A stretch of 64,000 bases of DNA from Candidatus Cloacimonadales bacterium (GTDB taxonomy: Bacteria > Cloacimonadota > Cloacimonadia > Cloacimonadales > JAFGVF01), in NCBI GenBank assembly GCA_963662585.1, contig OY759729.1, positions 800,001-864,000 on the forward strand, given 5' to 3'. The position numbers and the translations under genes are program-made. How positions within the stretch are numbered: the first letter of the stretch is position 1; each line of letters opens with the position of its first letter. Below the pieces are notes generated by a model. It had not been told where the DNA came from and did not search any database. It worked only from the letters and a program-made list of their open reading frames with translations. Of this stretch, positions 20,283 through 30,724 are shown piece after piece.

Positions 20283-22523
20283 GTGAGTATGAAGAAATTC
20301 ACCATAGCTTTGGCAGGAAATCCTAACTGTGGAAAAACAACAGTTTTTAATGCCCTTACTGGAGCCAAACAGACCATAGGTAACTGGCCTGGCGTTACTG
20401 TAGAGAAAAAAGTAGGAAGCTATATAGATGGAGATATTTCTGTTGATGTAGTTGATATGCCTGGTATATATTCTTTTTCAGCTTTTTCGGAAGATGAGAA
20501 AGTTTCACGAGATTATATTCTCAGTAAAGATGCCGACCTAATCGTTCAAATATTAGACGCGTCTAATCTTCAAAGAAACTTATATCTAACTGTTCAGCTT
20601 ATCGAAATGAATGTTCCATTGGTTATTGTTTTAAACATGATGGATACTTTAAAAGATAAGAATATGGTTTTAGAAGTTGAGCATTTCGCTAAGCACTTAG
20701 ATTGCGTAGTTGTACCTACTAATGCTAGTAAAAAAGATGGGATTGAGAAATTAAAAGAAGTGATTAGAGATCATATCGGACAAGTTAATCCTCCAAAATT
20801 TAATATTTCTTATGACAGTATCCTAGAAAAAGAACTTAACGAAATTACAAAACAAGTAGAGCAAACAGCCAAAACTTCAGGTGTTGATAGTCGCTGGCTA
20901 GCCTTAAAAATATTAGAGAGTGATCCAATTGCAGATCGCTTTGTGAAAAAAGACCTTTCCAAAAGGAGAGATGAGGCTATTAAAAAAATTGAAAAACATA
21001 CTGGCGACCCTATAGATGTTGTGATAGCTGATGGCCGTTATGGTTTTATTAGGGGCTTAGTTAAAGATGTATTAGTAATTAAAACTGTTACCAGAGAGTC
21101 TGTTACAGATATTATTGATAAAGTAGTGTTGAATAAATACCTAGGAATTCCTATATTCTTATTAGTTATGATGGGTGTGTTTTATCTAACTATGAATGTT
21201 GGAGCTCCTTTTATTGACTTCTTTGATGGTCTTCTAGGCACTATTTTTGTTGATGGCTTCCGACTTGTCTTAAATGCCTTATCTTCTCCTGAGTGGTTAA
21301 CTACCCTACTTGCTGATGGAATTGGTGGTGGCTTACAAACACTTTCAACTTTTATACCTCCTATCTTCTTTATCTTCTTATCTTTATCTGTTTTAGAAGA
21401 TTCCGGATATATGTCTAGAGCAGCCTTCATTATGGATAAATTTATGAGAACAATAGGACTACCTGGAAAAGCTTTTATTCCTATGTTGGTAGGATTCGGC
21501 TGTACAGTACCTGCTATTATGGCTACTAGAACTTTAGAAAATAACCGTGATAGAATGTTGGCAATCTTGATGAATCCCTTTATGTCCTGTGGTGCTCGTT
21601 TACCTGTTTATACCCTACTCATTTCTGCCTTCTTTTCCAAAACTGCTGGATTAGTCATGTTCTCTATTTATTTTAGTGGAATAATCTTAGCGGTTCTATC
21701 AGGATTTTTGTTTAAATCAACTATCCTCCAAGGACAAGCTGCTACTTTCGTAATGGAGCTTCCAACTTACCATATTCCAACATTTAATGGTGTGATGTTG
21801 CATACTTGGAATAAATTAAAATCATTTATGATTAAAGCTGGAAAGGTTATTCTCCTAATTGTAATTTTAGTTTCTTTCGTTAACTCAATCGGAACTGATG
21901 GAAGTTTTGGTAATAATGACTCTTCTAATTCTGTCTTGACCTGGATAGGCAAAAAGACAACTCCTTTATTTAAACCAATGGGGATCAAAGAAGATAACTG
22001 GCCTGCAACAGTAGGATTATTTACAGGTATTTTTGCAAAAGAAGCAGTCATCGGAACTATGGATGCCCTCTATTCCCAACGAGACCCTAACTGGTCTTCA
22101 GAAGCTACTCTTGCTGATGATTTCTCACTTGGAGAAGGCATTAAAGAGGCCTTTCTTGCCATACCAATAGGTTTTGGTTGGATTGAAGCAGAAGAAGAAG
22201 AAGAGAGTTCTGCTTTAGTAGGATATGTACAAGAAGGATTTAATAATGACAAATTTGCTGCTTATGCTTATCTCTTATTTATCTTGATTTATGCTCCTTG
22301 CGTTGCTGCCATTGGGGCAATCTATCGAGAGACTAATCTCAACTGGACAATCTTTGCTGTAGCTTATCTCACCATACTAGCTTGGATTGTAGCAACTTTG
22401 TTCTATCAAATTGCTACTTTTGCAATAAACCCCTTAATTTCAACCATGTGGATTGCCATAAGTATTGCTATGTTCTTAGTTTTTTTCATCTCCCTGAAAT
22501 ATAAAAAGAAAACAGTCCTATAA
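20283..22523 (+). CDS. feoB: Ferrous iron transporter FeoB
   Basis: GNPNCGKT, NWPGVTVE, DMPG, NMMD, GFGC.VPA, FMSCGARLP, YAPC. Confidence 0.97.
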   Translation: MSMKKFTIALAGNPNCGKTTVFNALTGAKQTIGNWPGVTVEKKVGSYIDGDISVDVVDMPGIYSFSAFSEDEKVSRDYILSKDADLIVQILDASNLQRNLYLTVQLIEMNVPLVIVLNMMDTLKDKNMVLEVEHFAKHLDCVVVPTNASKKDGIEKLKEVIRDHIGQVNPPKFNISYDSILEKELNEITKQVEQTAKTSGVDSRWLALKILESDPIADRFVKKDLSKRRDEAIKKIEKHTGDPIDVVIADGRYGFIRGLVKDVLVIKTVTRESVTDIIDKVVLNKYLGIPIFLLVMMGVFYLTMNVGAPFIDFFDGLLGTIFVDGFRLVLNALSSPEWLTTLLADGIGGGLQTLSTFIPPIFFIFLSLSVLEDSGYMSRAAFIMDKFMRTIGLPGKAFIPMLVGFGCTVPAIMATRTLENNRDRMLAILMNPFMSCGARLPVYTLLISAFFSKTAGLVMFSIYFSGIILAVLSGFLFKSTILQGQAATFVMELPTYHIPTFNGVMLHTWNKLKSFMIKAGKVILLIVILVSFVNSIGTDGSFGNNDSSNSVLTWIGKKTTPLFKPMGIKEDNWPATVGLFTGIFAKEAVIGTMDALYSQRDPNWSSEATLADDFSLGEGIKEAFLAIPIGFGWIEAEEEEESSALVGYVQEGFNNDKFAAYAYLLFILIYAPCVAAIGAIYRETNLNWTIFAVAYLTILAWIVATLFYQIATFAINPLISTMWIAISIAMFLVFFISLKYKKKTVL

Positions 22524-22550
22524 GATAGTTTCTCCTAATAACATCCCACG

Positions 22551-22584
22551 AAAGACCTTCCTGATTTTCAGGAGGGTCTTTTTT
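22551..22584 (+). terminator. Rho-independent terminator after feoB
   Basis: aaagaccttcctga-ttt-tcaggagggtcttt hairpin followed by T-tract. Confidence 0.85.
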
Positions 22585-22635
22585 GAAGGATCTAAAAAGT
22601 CAGATACACCATCTGCTTTAACCTGCTCTCAGTAT

Positions 22636-23345
22636 AACTGAAAAAGCGGGCATCTCTGCTGGTCGTGGACAATAATAACTGGGGTTACGGACCTTTAGTC
22701 CGTGAATCTTACATTCCCCTCTTTAGTGCTGAAAGCACGCTAAAAGAGGGGTGGCTGCGAAGCAGACGGGGTGTTTTTTAAATCCCCCTCCGCGAGGGGG
22801 ACACAGGGGGTGTTTTCTTCTATGGAGTGGAAGCGTCTCTGCTTCCACATTATACACTGGTATTTCTAGATTTTTAATCAGCTTAGAGACTATTCATCTG
22901 TTACTTATCAATTCACAGCGGAGAGAATATGGAGTGGAAGCGTCTCTGCTTCCACATTATACACTAGGATTTCTAGATTTTTAATCAGCTTAAAGACTAT
23001 TCATCTGTTACTTATCAATTCACAGCGGAGAGAATCTCCACAATCCGACAGAAGAGGGATTATCACACTAAATCCCCCTCCGTGAGGGGGACACAGGGGG
23101 TGATTCCATATTTCTCAAACTCCCCTCTTTAGTGCTGACAGCAGCACGCTTTAGTTGTAATAACTGGGAAAAAGGGCATCTCTACCCGCACCACGAAACT
23201 GCTTGGTGGAGAATCTTTTAAGACCAGCATCTCTGCTGGTCGCTGGCAGGATATCCGCATTCCCAGTTAGAAAGCCCCACATTTCTGCAGGGCTAATATA
23301 TTTCTATTGAGGTAGAACACCAGTGTCCCCCTCAAGAGGGTATTA
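22636..23345. repeat. Large mosaic of REP-like elements, including nuclease-free copies of the DUF559-associated repeat and a 107-bp direct duplication
   Basis: 22715-22775 is the reverse complement of the DUF559-locus unit; tatggagtggaagcgtctctgcttccac... repeats at 22821 and 22928; ccccctccg(c/t)gagggggacacagggggtg occurs twice. Confidence 0.85.
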
Positions 23346-23354
23346 CACAGTTAT

Positions 23355-26300
23355 CTACTTCATTAATACCATTTTCTTAGTAGATGTTTGGTTTCCAGCT
23401 TTTAATTTATAGAAGTAAACGCCGGAAGCAACAGCTTTATCTTGATCATTAACTCCATTCCAAACATAGGAATAAGAACCTTTTGAGAAATTATCTTTAG
23501 CCAAAGTTTTAACTTTTTGACCTTTAAGATTATAGATAGATAACTCAACATTATTAGCATCTTTAGCAAGTGTGAAACTAATTTTTGTAGTTGGATTGAA
23601 TGGATTAGGGTAGTTTTGAGCTAGACTAGAAGCTAGAGATTGAGCATCACTATTATCTTCATTAGAAACTGATGAAAAATCCACATATTGTGCATATACA
23701 CCAAGGATAACAGTTTTACCTGAAGATATACCGTCTGCCCAAACGAAGAAAGCTTTGCTATCACCCATTGGAGCGATTCTAACTGATTTTTGGTCTTTTA
23801 ATTCATCAGTTAATGGAATACCTGTAGATCCGTTGAGTGTTTCACCATTATATCTTAATAAATTCATATAAAGATCAAGTTCAACACCTTCTTGCTGTTC
23901 CCAAGCAATCGCATAATAGTCATTATTAATTCTTTCTATCTTAGGGTTAATTTGAGAGATATCACCTTCAGCGATAACAATACCTTCATCAGCGAATTGG
24001 TTTTCACCAGAGTATGATATTTTTTGCACTTTGATGTTTTCATTATCAGAAGTAAGACTTTCATTCCAAGTAACATAAACAGCATCACCAACAGCGATAT
24101 CAGGATTTAATGCTTCATTTAGCACATCTCCATAGTTGTGTAAACTTGTAGGAATTCCTTCTTGCCAAGTAAATGTACCATCATTGGCAAATCCTTGAGT
24201 AAATACAGTATTAAGTCCATCTTCTCTATCATCATTCCAAGTGTAGAAAAGATTATTATTGTAAGAGACTCCATTTCCACCAGCATCAACTGAAACGCCC
24301 ATTGGAGCTATTGAATTACCTTCAACTGAATAACCTTCAATAACTTGACCATCTTCATCAACCTTAACTACTCTTCTATCTGTTTGGAAAACATTCCAAA
24401 CATAATAATTACCTACTACATCGTACAATTGCATTTCTGTATCGAGGGTACCAGATAAAGAACCAGAAATCTGAACACCTTCGTTTCCCCACTGTCTTTG
24501 ACCATTACTAATTCTTTGACCAAATACTTGTTTGATGAAGATACTATCATCAGTAAGCATATTATCTGTCCAACCAAGATAGAAATCACCATTATATATG
24601 CTTACTCTTGGATCTTCTTGACCAGCAGTAAAAGCTGTGGTTAATTCTAGACCTTCATCACCAAACAAATAACTACCATCAACATCTATTAACTGAGCAT
24701 AAACTTTAGGATAAAAACCTCTTTGTTCAAGCCAAATAACAAGAGTTTGACCTTGGTCATTTGTAGCAGCTCTGAAATCTGATTGTTCAAAACCTGTAGG
24801 AATAGTTATAGGACGACCATTTTCTTCTAAATCTACAGATCCGTCAGGATTAATAAATTGGTAGAATATTTGATAACCATTACTAGCACTACGAGTATCC
24901 CACCATACTGCGATTACATCATTTTGAGCTAAACGAGGATGAACTTCAATAAGTTCGTTTTTACCAGCATCACCACTTAAACCGTAGAACACTGTTTCGC
25001 CATTTTCAGCTAAAACAAATTCTGAAGAAGCATTAATAATTTGTTGATCGATACCAATTGAACCTGTTCTAGCATCTAACCACACAACAAAGATATGGTC
25101 ATCATTCATTTTAATCAAAGGATTATTTTGTTCATTACTAGCAGTACAGATAGCAAGTCCATCATCTCCCCACTGGAATGTTCCATCAGAATTAAGATGT
25201 TGAGCATAAATATCAACTTGAGGGAAATCACCATTTCTCATATCTGTCCAAACAACATAAGCTCCACCATTTGTATCGCTATCAATACGAAGTGTTAACT
25301 CTCTTACTTGGTTAGCTCTGATTTCAACACCATCTTCAGCCCATACTTTCTCGCCTGAAGAGTTTATCTTCTGAGCAAAAATACCAACATTATCAAAGGC
25401 ACTTCTAGTATCTTGCCAAGCGATAATTGTATTTCCTAATCCATCAGCTTGAACTTGAGGATAACTTTGAGCAAAGCTTTGTTCGTCATCTTCATCACTA
25501 TAGACTTCGATATATTCTCCCCAATCAGCTGTTCCATCATCTAGTAATCTTTGAGCAAAGATATTTGTAGTAACTTCTCTTTTATCTTCCCAGACAAAAA
25601 CGAATCCACCTAAACCATCAGGAGATACTCTCACTGTTGATTGATCACCATTAGCAACAGCTACAGGTATTGGGTCACCCCAAACTGAATCACCATCACT
25701 ATTAAATCTTTTAGCAAAGATATTAGCATTATTATTAATTGCTACTTGATAACCAATAAAGAATCCACCAGCGCCATCTTCTCTCATTGAATTAGAAGTT
25801 TCTGGGTAATTAGTATTAGCAATTGGCATACCATCAGTAGCCCATAAATTTGTTCCATCGCCATCTAAGTTAGCAGCATATAAATCTACAGAAGGATTTC
25901 TACTATCTCTCCAAAGAATATAAGCACCACCAACATTGTTTTCTACAATATTAAGCGAAATTTGGATATCTTGATAAGTACAAACAGGAACACCGCCCTC
26001 TTGCCAAAGAAGTTCACCAGTATTGCTTATTTTTTGAGCATAGACATCACCGTCTTGCTCAATAGAAAAATCAATCCAAGCAATTACAAAATTACCATCT
26101 GAGCTTTTAATAATAACAGGATCTTCTTGTCTGTCAATTTTGTTATCGATAATAGTTGGTTCATCACCCCATACTGAGTTTCCCGAACCATCAAATTTCA
26201 TAGCAAATAGGTCTCTTCCACCATATTTGGTGTCTGACCATACATAGACAATACCACCATCATCGGCAGTTGCCGTAGCACGAGACCACTCAATATTAAC

Positions 26301-26393
26301 ACCCTGTCTTATTGGCAAAGCACTGTCCCACATAGTTTGTGCTGCCATAAGTGTCGTAAGTAACATTAGCAAAACAATAAGTCTAATTTTCAT
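23355..26393 (-). CDS. Large secreted repeat protein with FlgD-Ig/T9SS type-A-like C-terminal domain (paralog 2)
   Basis: Colinear with 13334-16360 along its whole length; GGAGG RBS favours ATG 26393; same CTD. Confidence 0.85.
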   Translation of the reverse strand: MKIRLIVLLMLLTTLMAAQTMWDSALPIRQGVNIEWSRATATADDGGIVYVWSDTKYGGRDLFAMKFDGSGNSVWGDEPTIIDNKIDRQEDPVIIKSSDGNFVIAWIDFSIEQDGDVYAQKISNTGELLWQEGGVPVCTYQDIQISLNIVENNVGGAYILWRDSRNPSVDLYAANLDGDGTNLWATDGMPIANTNYPETSNSMREDGAGGFFIGYQVAINNNANIFAKRFNSDGDSVWGDPIPVAVANGDQSTVRVSPDGLGGFVFVWEDKREVTTNIFAQRLLDDGTADWGEYIEVYSDEDDEQSFAQSYPQVQADGLGNTIIAWQDTRSAFDNVGIFAQKINSSGEKVWAEDGVEIRANQVRELTLRIDSDTNGGAYVVWTDMRNGDFPQVDIYAQHLNSDGTFQWGDDGLAICTASNEQNNPLIKMNDDHIFVVWLDARTGSIGIDQQIINASSEFVLAENGETVFYGLSGDAGKNELIEVHPRLAQNDVIAVWWDTRSASNGYQIFYQFINPDGSVDLEENGRPITIPTGFEQSDFRAATNDQGQTLVIWLEQRGFYPKVYAQLIDVDGSYLFGDEGLELTTAFTAGQEDPRVSIYNGDFYLGWTDNMLTDDSIFIKQVFGQRISNGQRQWGNEGVQISGSLSGTLDTEMQLYDVVGNYYVWNVFQTDRRVVKVDEDGQVIEGYSVEGNSIAPMGVSVDAGGNGVSYNNNLFYTWNDDREDGLNTVFTQGFANDGTFTWQEGIPTSLHNYGDVLNEALNPDIAVGDAVYVTWNESLTSDNENIKVQKISYSGENQFADEGIVIAEGDISQINPKIERINNDYYAIAWEQQEGVELDLYMNLLRYNGETLNGSTGIPLTDELKDQKSVRIAPMGDSKAFFVWADGISSGKTVILGVYAQYVDFSSVSNEDNSDAQSLASSLAQNYPNPFNPTTKISFTLAKDANNVELSIYNLKGQKVKTLAKDNFSKGSYSYVWNGVNDQDKAVASGVYFYKLKAGNQTSTKKMVLMK

Positions 26394-26820
26394 TAGATCC
26401 TCCATATAATATTTAACTCTTTTAAAATCTAATTAAAATATCATACAATGCAAGATACTTTCCAAAATATAATTAATAATTTAGGAAGAAGGGAATGTGG
26501 ATTGGATAAATAGAGATTAATCCTAGATTATGGAGTAAATTTACTTTTAGTGGTTATGAATAATCCTTAGCTCTCTTAGAAAAAGTTTAGTCTTTAATAA
26601 CTTAACCCTTTATTAGTTATTCCCCGAATATTAGTGTAACATCGCTAGGGTTAATTCTTTATTAGAATTGGAAGAGCCCCTGGGTCACTTTGCAGGAGAA
26701 GGAATAAGAGGTCTGGTCATATTCATATACTTTGGGTTACTTAGTGTAAAAAAGCATTTGCCTTTTCTCTTTATCTTTTCTCTTTATCTTCCTCTTCTTT
26801 GTAAATTATAATCTCAAGTT

Positions 26821-29800
26821 TTATTTTTTATTTTCCAGATATTTTTCTAACAGACTAACTAATCTATCTTGGTCAATAGGTTTAGTGATGTAATCATCCA
26901 TACCAGCAACTAAGCAACGAGCTGTATCTTCTTTGGTTGCTCCAGCTGTAAGGGCAATAATTGGAGTATGCATTCCTTTGCTCTTTTCCTTCTCCCTAAT
27001 AAGCTTAGTAGCTTGTAGGCCATCCATTAGGGGCATTTGCACATCCATTAAGATAATATCAAAGTTCTCAATTGAGAATTTATCTACTGCTTCTTTACCA
27101 TTAATTACAGAAGTTATTTCAGCTTGAGGGATAAGTTTATTGATAATGTTTTGTATTAAGACTAAGTTAATATTAACATCTTCGGCTATCAAAATTTTCT
27201 GTGCTCCTTTCTGACTTAAATCACTTGATTTTACTTTTAGTTTAAGAGTCCCTTGCTTATGGTCAAGGGAGTTAAAAATATTGGAAATATATTCTCTTAA
27301 TTCAATAGCCTTAATAGGCTTAAGAAGTGTATGTTTAATATTTAACCCAGGAATTAATTGACTAATCTCTTCATCTAGTGTGGAGTTAAGTAAAAGAATG
27401 ATAGGCATCTGCTCATAGCTTCTGAGTCTTTCCCTTATGATTTTAATTGCTTCAAGTCCATCCATTCCTGGCATAGAATAGTCAAAAATAGCCAAATCTA
27501 TGGTATTATCTTTCTCTAATGTATCTATTGCTTCTTGTCCTGAAGATACACTAACATAGTCAATATTCCAGTAAGAAATATTCCTTTCCATTATCAAGCG
27601 ATTATTTTCATTATCATCAACAAGGAGAATTCTTTTGTTTAATTTCTTTTGAGAAATTAAGTTTTCTTCACTAATCTTATAATCTGTTTCAATGGTAAAA
27701 TAGAAGTTACTTCCTTCACCTACAGTACTTTCAACTTCAATTTTACTACCCATTTTCTCAACAAGTAAATTAGAAATTGTTAGACCTAAGCCAGTACCAC
27801 CATATCTTCTAGTAATTGAGGAATCAGCTTGAGAAAAAGCTGAGAAAAGCTTTTCTTTTTGGGATACAGAAATACCGATACCTGTATCTTTGATAGAAAA
27901 GAGAATATTTCCCTTTTTATCATCTATAGCCGAGAATTTGATGTTAAGTAATACCTCTCCTTTTGGAGTAAATTTAATAGCATTATTTAAGAGGTTAATT
28001 AGTACCTGTTTTAATCTAATAGGATCAGTTTTAATAAGAGATGGGAGGTTTGGGTCAATATTGAGTAATAAATCAATGTGTTTCTTTTCGGCATGATATT
28101 TCAAGATATCAATAGTATGGATAATTAACTCATGAATATCTGTTTCTACAAGATCTAAGTCTAGTTTTCCTGCTTCGATTTTGGAGAAATCTAAAATATC
28201 GTTAATAATTCCTAAGAGAGCCTGACCAGAAATGTTAGTATGATAGGCATATTGTTGTTGTACAGAATCAAGTTCTGTATTCATTAATAGTTCAGTAAAA
28301 CCAATAACACCATTTAGAGGTGTTCTGATTTCATGGCTCATATTGGCGAGAAATTCTGATTTAGCCTTATTAGCTTGTTGAGCTTGAATAGTTTTCTCTT
28401 TAAGAGATTCTTGAACTTTATTCTTTTCGATTTCAATACTATTTCTAATATAAACATCACCAATGATATTTGAAATAATTTTTAACAGTTCAATATCTTC
28501 TTCAGATAAAATCAGCTTTTGAGAAGTGGAATCGAAGCCCAAAAAACCGAAAAATTTATTGTTCCTGCTGATGGGAATCCATAGGACAGATTTCAAATTT
28601 AGCTTAGAAAAGAATGATCTTTCCTTGGAATCAGTTGTTAAATCATCCATATCAGAAATAAATAATGTATCCTGTTCGGCCACAATTTCCTTAATCAGAG
28701 GATTTCCATTTATATTTATCTTACCAATTTGTTTTTTCTCGGATACTTCTTTAATATTACACCACTCGTAAGAGTAATCCAAATTGTCTCTATTATCTGT
28801 AAACTCTAGGATATAGGTATGACTTGCTCGAATTAATTCACCTAATTTAGCCAACATCATTCTAAATTTATCTTGATAATTACTAAGATTAACATCAATA
28901 AACTCAGCAGATATTGTGGCAACCATTCTTTGATACTTATTTTGAAATTCTACTCTTATTTCAGCAATTTTCCTTAATGTTATATCTGTATCACTTCCTT
29001 GAAAACCAACCATTTGACCTAAATCATTAACTTTAGGCAAGCCGCTGGAGAGAAACCACATCATCCTACCAGTTTTATGGACCATTCTACTTTCAATATT
29101 TGAAATCGTAGTTTTATCTTTCATTACTTTAAAACCAAGCTCTTTGTTCTCTTCTCTTGATTCTTCAGGAAACAGGTCATAAAAGTACTTTTTACCTACA
29201 ATTTCTGATTTTTTATAACCTAGGACATTCTCAACATTTGAACTAACATAAGTGTATTTACCACTACTATCAATCTCCCAATTTATAGTCCTACTTTGAT
29301 TTATGATTGATTCATAACGATCCACAGCTCTCTTGAGTTTCCTTTCACTTCTCTTTTTTTCTGTAATATCTCGACTTACAATCAATATAGCATAAGCTTT
29401 TCCTGCGGAATTTTTAATAACTTCTGCATTAGCTTCTGCATAGAAAAGTCTTCCATTCTTCTTAACCATTTTATACTCTGTGAAACCTGAATAAGTACCT
29501 TCTAACATTAATTTTATTTCATGTAAAGCTTTTTGGTGTAAAGAAGGGTGGATAAAACCTAATATATTTTTACCTACTACATCACTTTTTTGAGAATATC
29601 CCCACATTTTTATAGCTTCTTTAGAAGCATAAGTTATTTTACCATTTAAATCACCAATAATCAAGCCATCAGGAATTGCTTGGATGATAGCTCTTTGCTT
29701 TTCTTCACCTAATTTAATTAATGAGTTTAACTTCTTAAGCTTTTTAATCCAATATATGAAAATAAGGAATAAGAGAACAGCTATTGAGGTGATGCTGATG

Positions 29801-30609
29801 ATTAAAGTGTAGTTTACCGGAGTCTCCATATTGATATAAACAAACTTATTAATAATGGATTCTCTCTGATCAAAAGTTATAGTACTAATACCTTTATTAA
29901 GAATCTCAACTAATGAAGGTTCAGATTTAATAACTCCCATTCTAATATGATTAGCGTATCCAGGAACTACATTATTTATCTTTAAATCGATAAATCCTTC
30001 TTTTCTAATAAGATAAGCAGTCATTAACTGAGATCTAATGGTAAAATCAGCCTCACCATTAGAAATTTTTTTAAGACAATCTAACTCAGTGTCTGCATAT
30101 ATTATTTTAAGTTTTTTGAAATCTCTTCTCGCCCACTCATCAACCATAGTATTAGCAATTGTTACTAGAGTTTTATTTTCTAGTTTTGCAACATCTGTTA
30201 TTTGCGGAAAATCCAATTTTGTTATTGCGACATTGGGTTCAACCATTATGGGATCTGTGAAATATAGCCATTCTTCACGATACTCTGTTTTATTTAAGGC
30301 AGGAATAAGAGTAATATCACCTCTTTGCGATTTATCTATTGTCTCAGTCCAATCTCTAGTAGGAATTCTTTCAAATTTAATATTTAGTCTATCTTCTAAG
30401 AGAATTAATATCTCTGGTATTATGCCTGAATAATTACCATTGTTGTCTACAAATTCTAAAGGATACCAATCTGGATCAACCCCCATCTTGATTGGGCCTA
30501 ATTTGTTCAGGTATTCTCTTTCGGCATTCGTTAGTTCGACCTCGACACTATTCAGTGTAAACACTGTTAAATTTATAATTATCACTAGTAGTGCAATGAT
30601 ATACTTCAT
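26821..30609 (-). CDS. Hybrid sensor histidine kinase (periplasmic solute-binding domain, 2 PAS, GAF, HisKA, HATPase, 2 receivers)
   Basis: FLANMSHEIRTPLNG, NLLNNAIKFT, DTGIG, GGTGLGL, DYSMPGMDG, DVQMPLMDG. Confidence 0.95.
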   Translation of the reverse strand: MKYIIALLVIIINLTVFTLNSVEVELTNAEREYLNKLGPIKMGVDPDWYPLEFVDNNGNYSGIIPEILILLEDRLNIKFERIPTRDWTETIDKSQRGDITLIPALNKTEYREEWLYFTDPIMVEPNVAITKLDFPQITDVAKLENKTLVTIANTMVDEWARRDFKKLKIIYADTELDCLKKISNGEADFTIRSQLMTAYLIRKEGFIDLKINNVVPGYANHIRMGVIKSEPSLVEILNKGISTITFDQRESIINKFVYINMETPVNYTLIISITSIAVLLFLIFIYWIKKLKKLNSLIKLGEEKQRAIIQAIPDGLIIGDLNGKITYASKEAIKMWGYSQKSDVVGKNILGFIHPSLHQKALHEIKLMLEGTYSGFTEYKMVKKNGRLFYAEANAEVIKNSAGKAYAILIVSRDITEKKRSERKLKRAVDRYESIINQSRTINWEIDSSGKYTYVSSNVENVLGYKKSEIVGKKYFYDLFPEESREENKELGFKVMKDKTTISNIESRMVHKTGRMMWFLSSGLPKVNDLGQMVGFQGSDTDITLRKIAEIRVEFQNKYQRMVATISAEFIDVNLSNYQDKFRMMLAKLGELIRASHTYILEFTDNRDNLDYSYEWCNIKEVSEKKQIGKININGNPLIKEIVAEQDTLFISDMDDLTTDSKERSFFSKLNLKSVLWIPISRNNKFFGFLGFDSTSQKLILSEEDIELLKIISNIIGDVYIRNSIEIEKNKVQESLKEKTIQAQQANKAKSEFLANMSHEIRTPLNGVIGFTELLMNTELDSVQQQYAYHTNISGQALLGIINDILDFSKIEAGKLDLDLVETDIHELIIHTIDILKYHAEKKHIDLLLNIDPNLPSLIKTDPIRLKQVLINLLNNAIKFTPKGEVLLNIKFSAIDDKKGNILFSIKDTGIGISVSQKEKLFSAFSQADSSITRRYGGTGLGLTISNLLVEKMGSKIEVESTVGEGSNFYFTIETDYKISEENLISQKKLNKRILLVDDNENNRLIMERNISYWNIDYVSVSSGQEAIDTLEKDNTIDLAIFDYSMPGMDGLEAIKIIRERLRSYEQMPIILLLNSTLDEEISQLIPGLNIKHTLLKPIKAIELREYISNIFNSLDHKQGTLKLKVKSSDLSQKGAQKILIAEDVNINLVLIQNIINKLIPQAEITSVINGKEAVDKFSIENFDIILMDVQMPLMDGLQATKLIREKEKSKGMHTPIIALTAGATKEDTARCLVAGMDDYITKPIDQDRLVSLLEKYLENKK

Positions 30610-30724
30610 CTCTTTCCCCTAATCCTTGTTTATTAATCTCTGATAGAATTTACTCAATCAATAAAATACTGTGTATGGTATAATTCTGTCCATACTTTTT
30701 TTATAAAAATTGTTAGCTAGGAAT

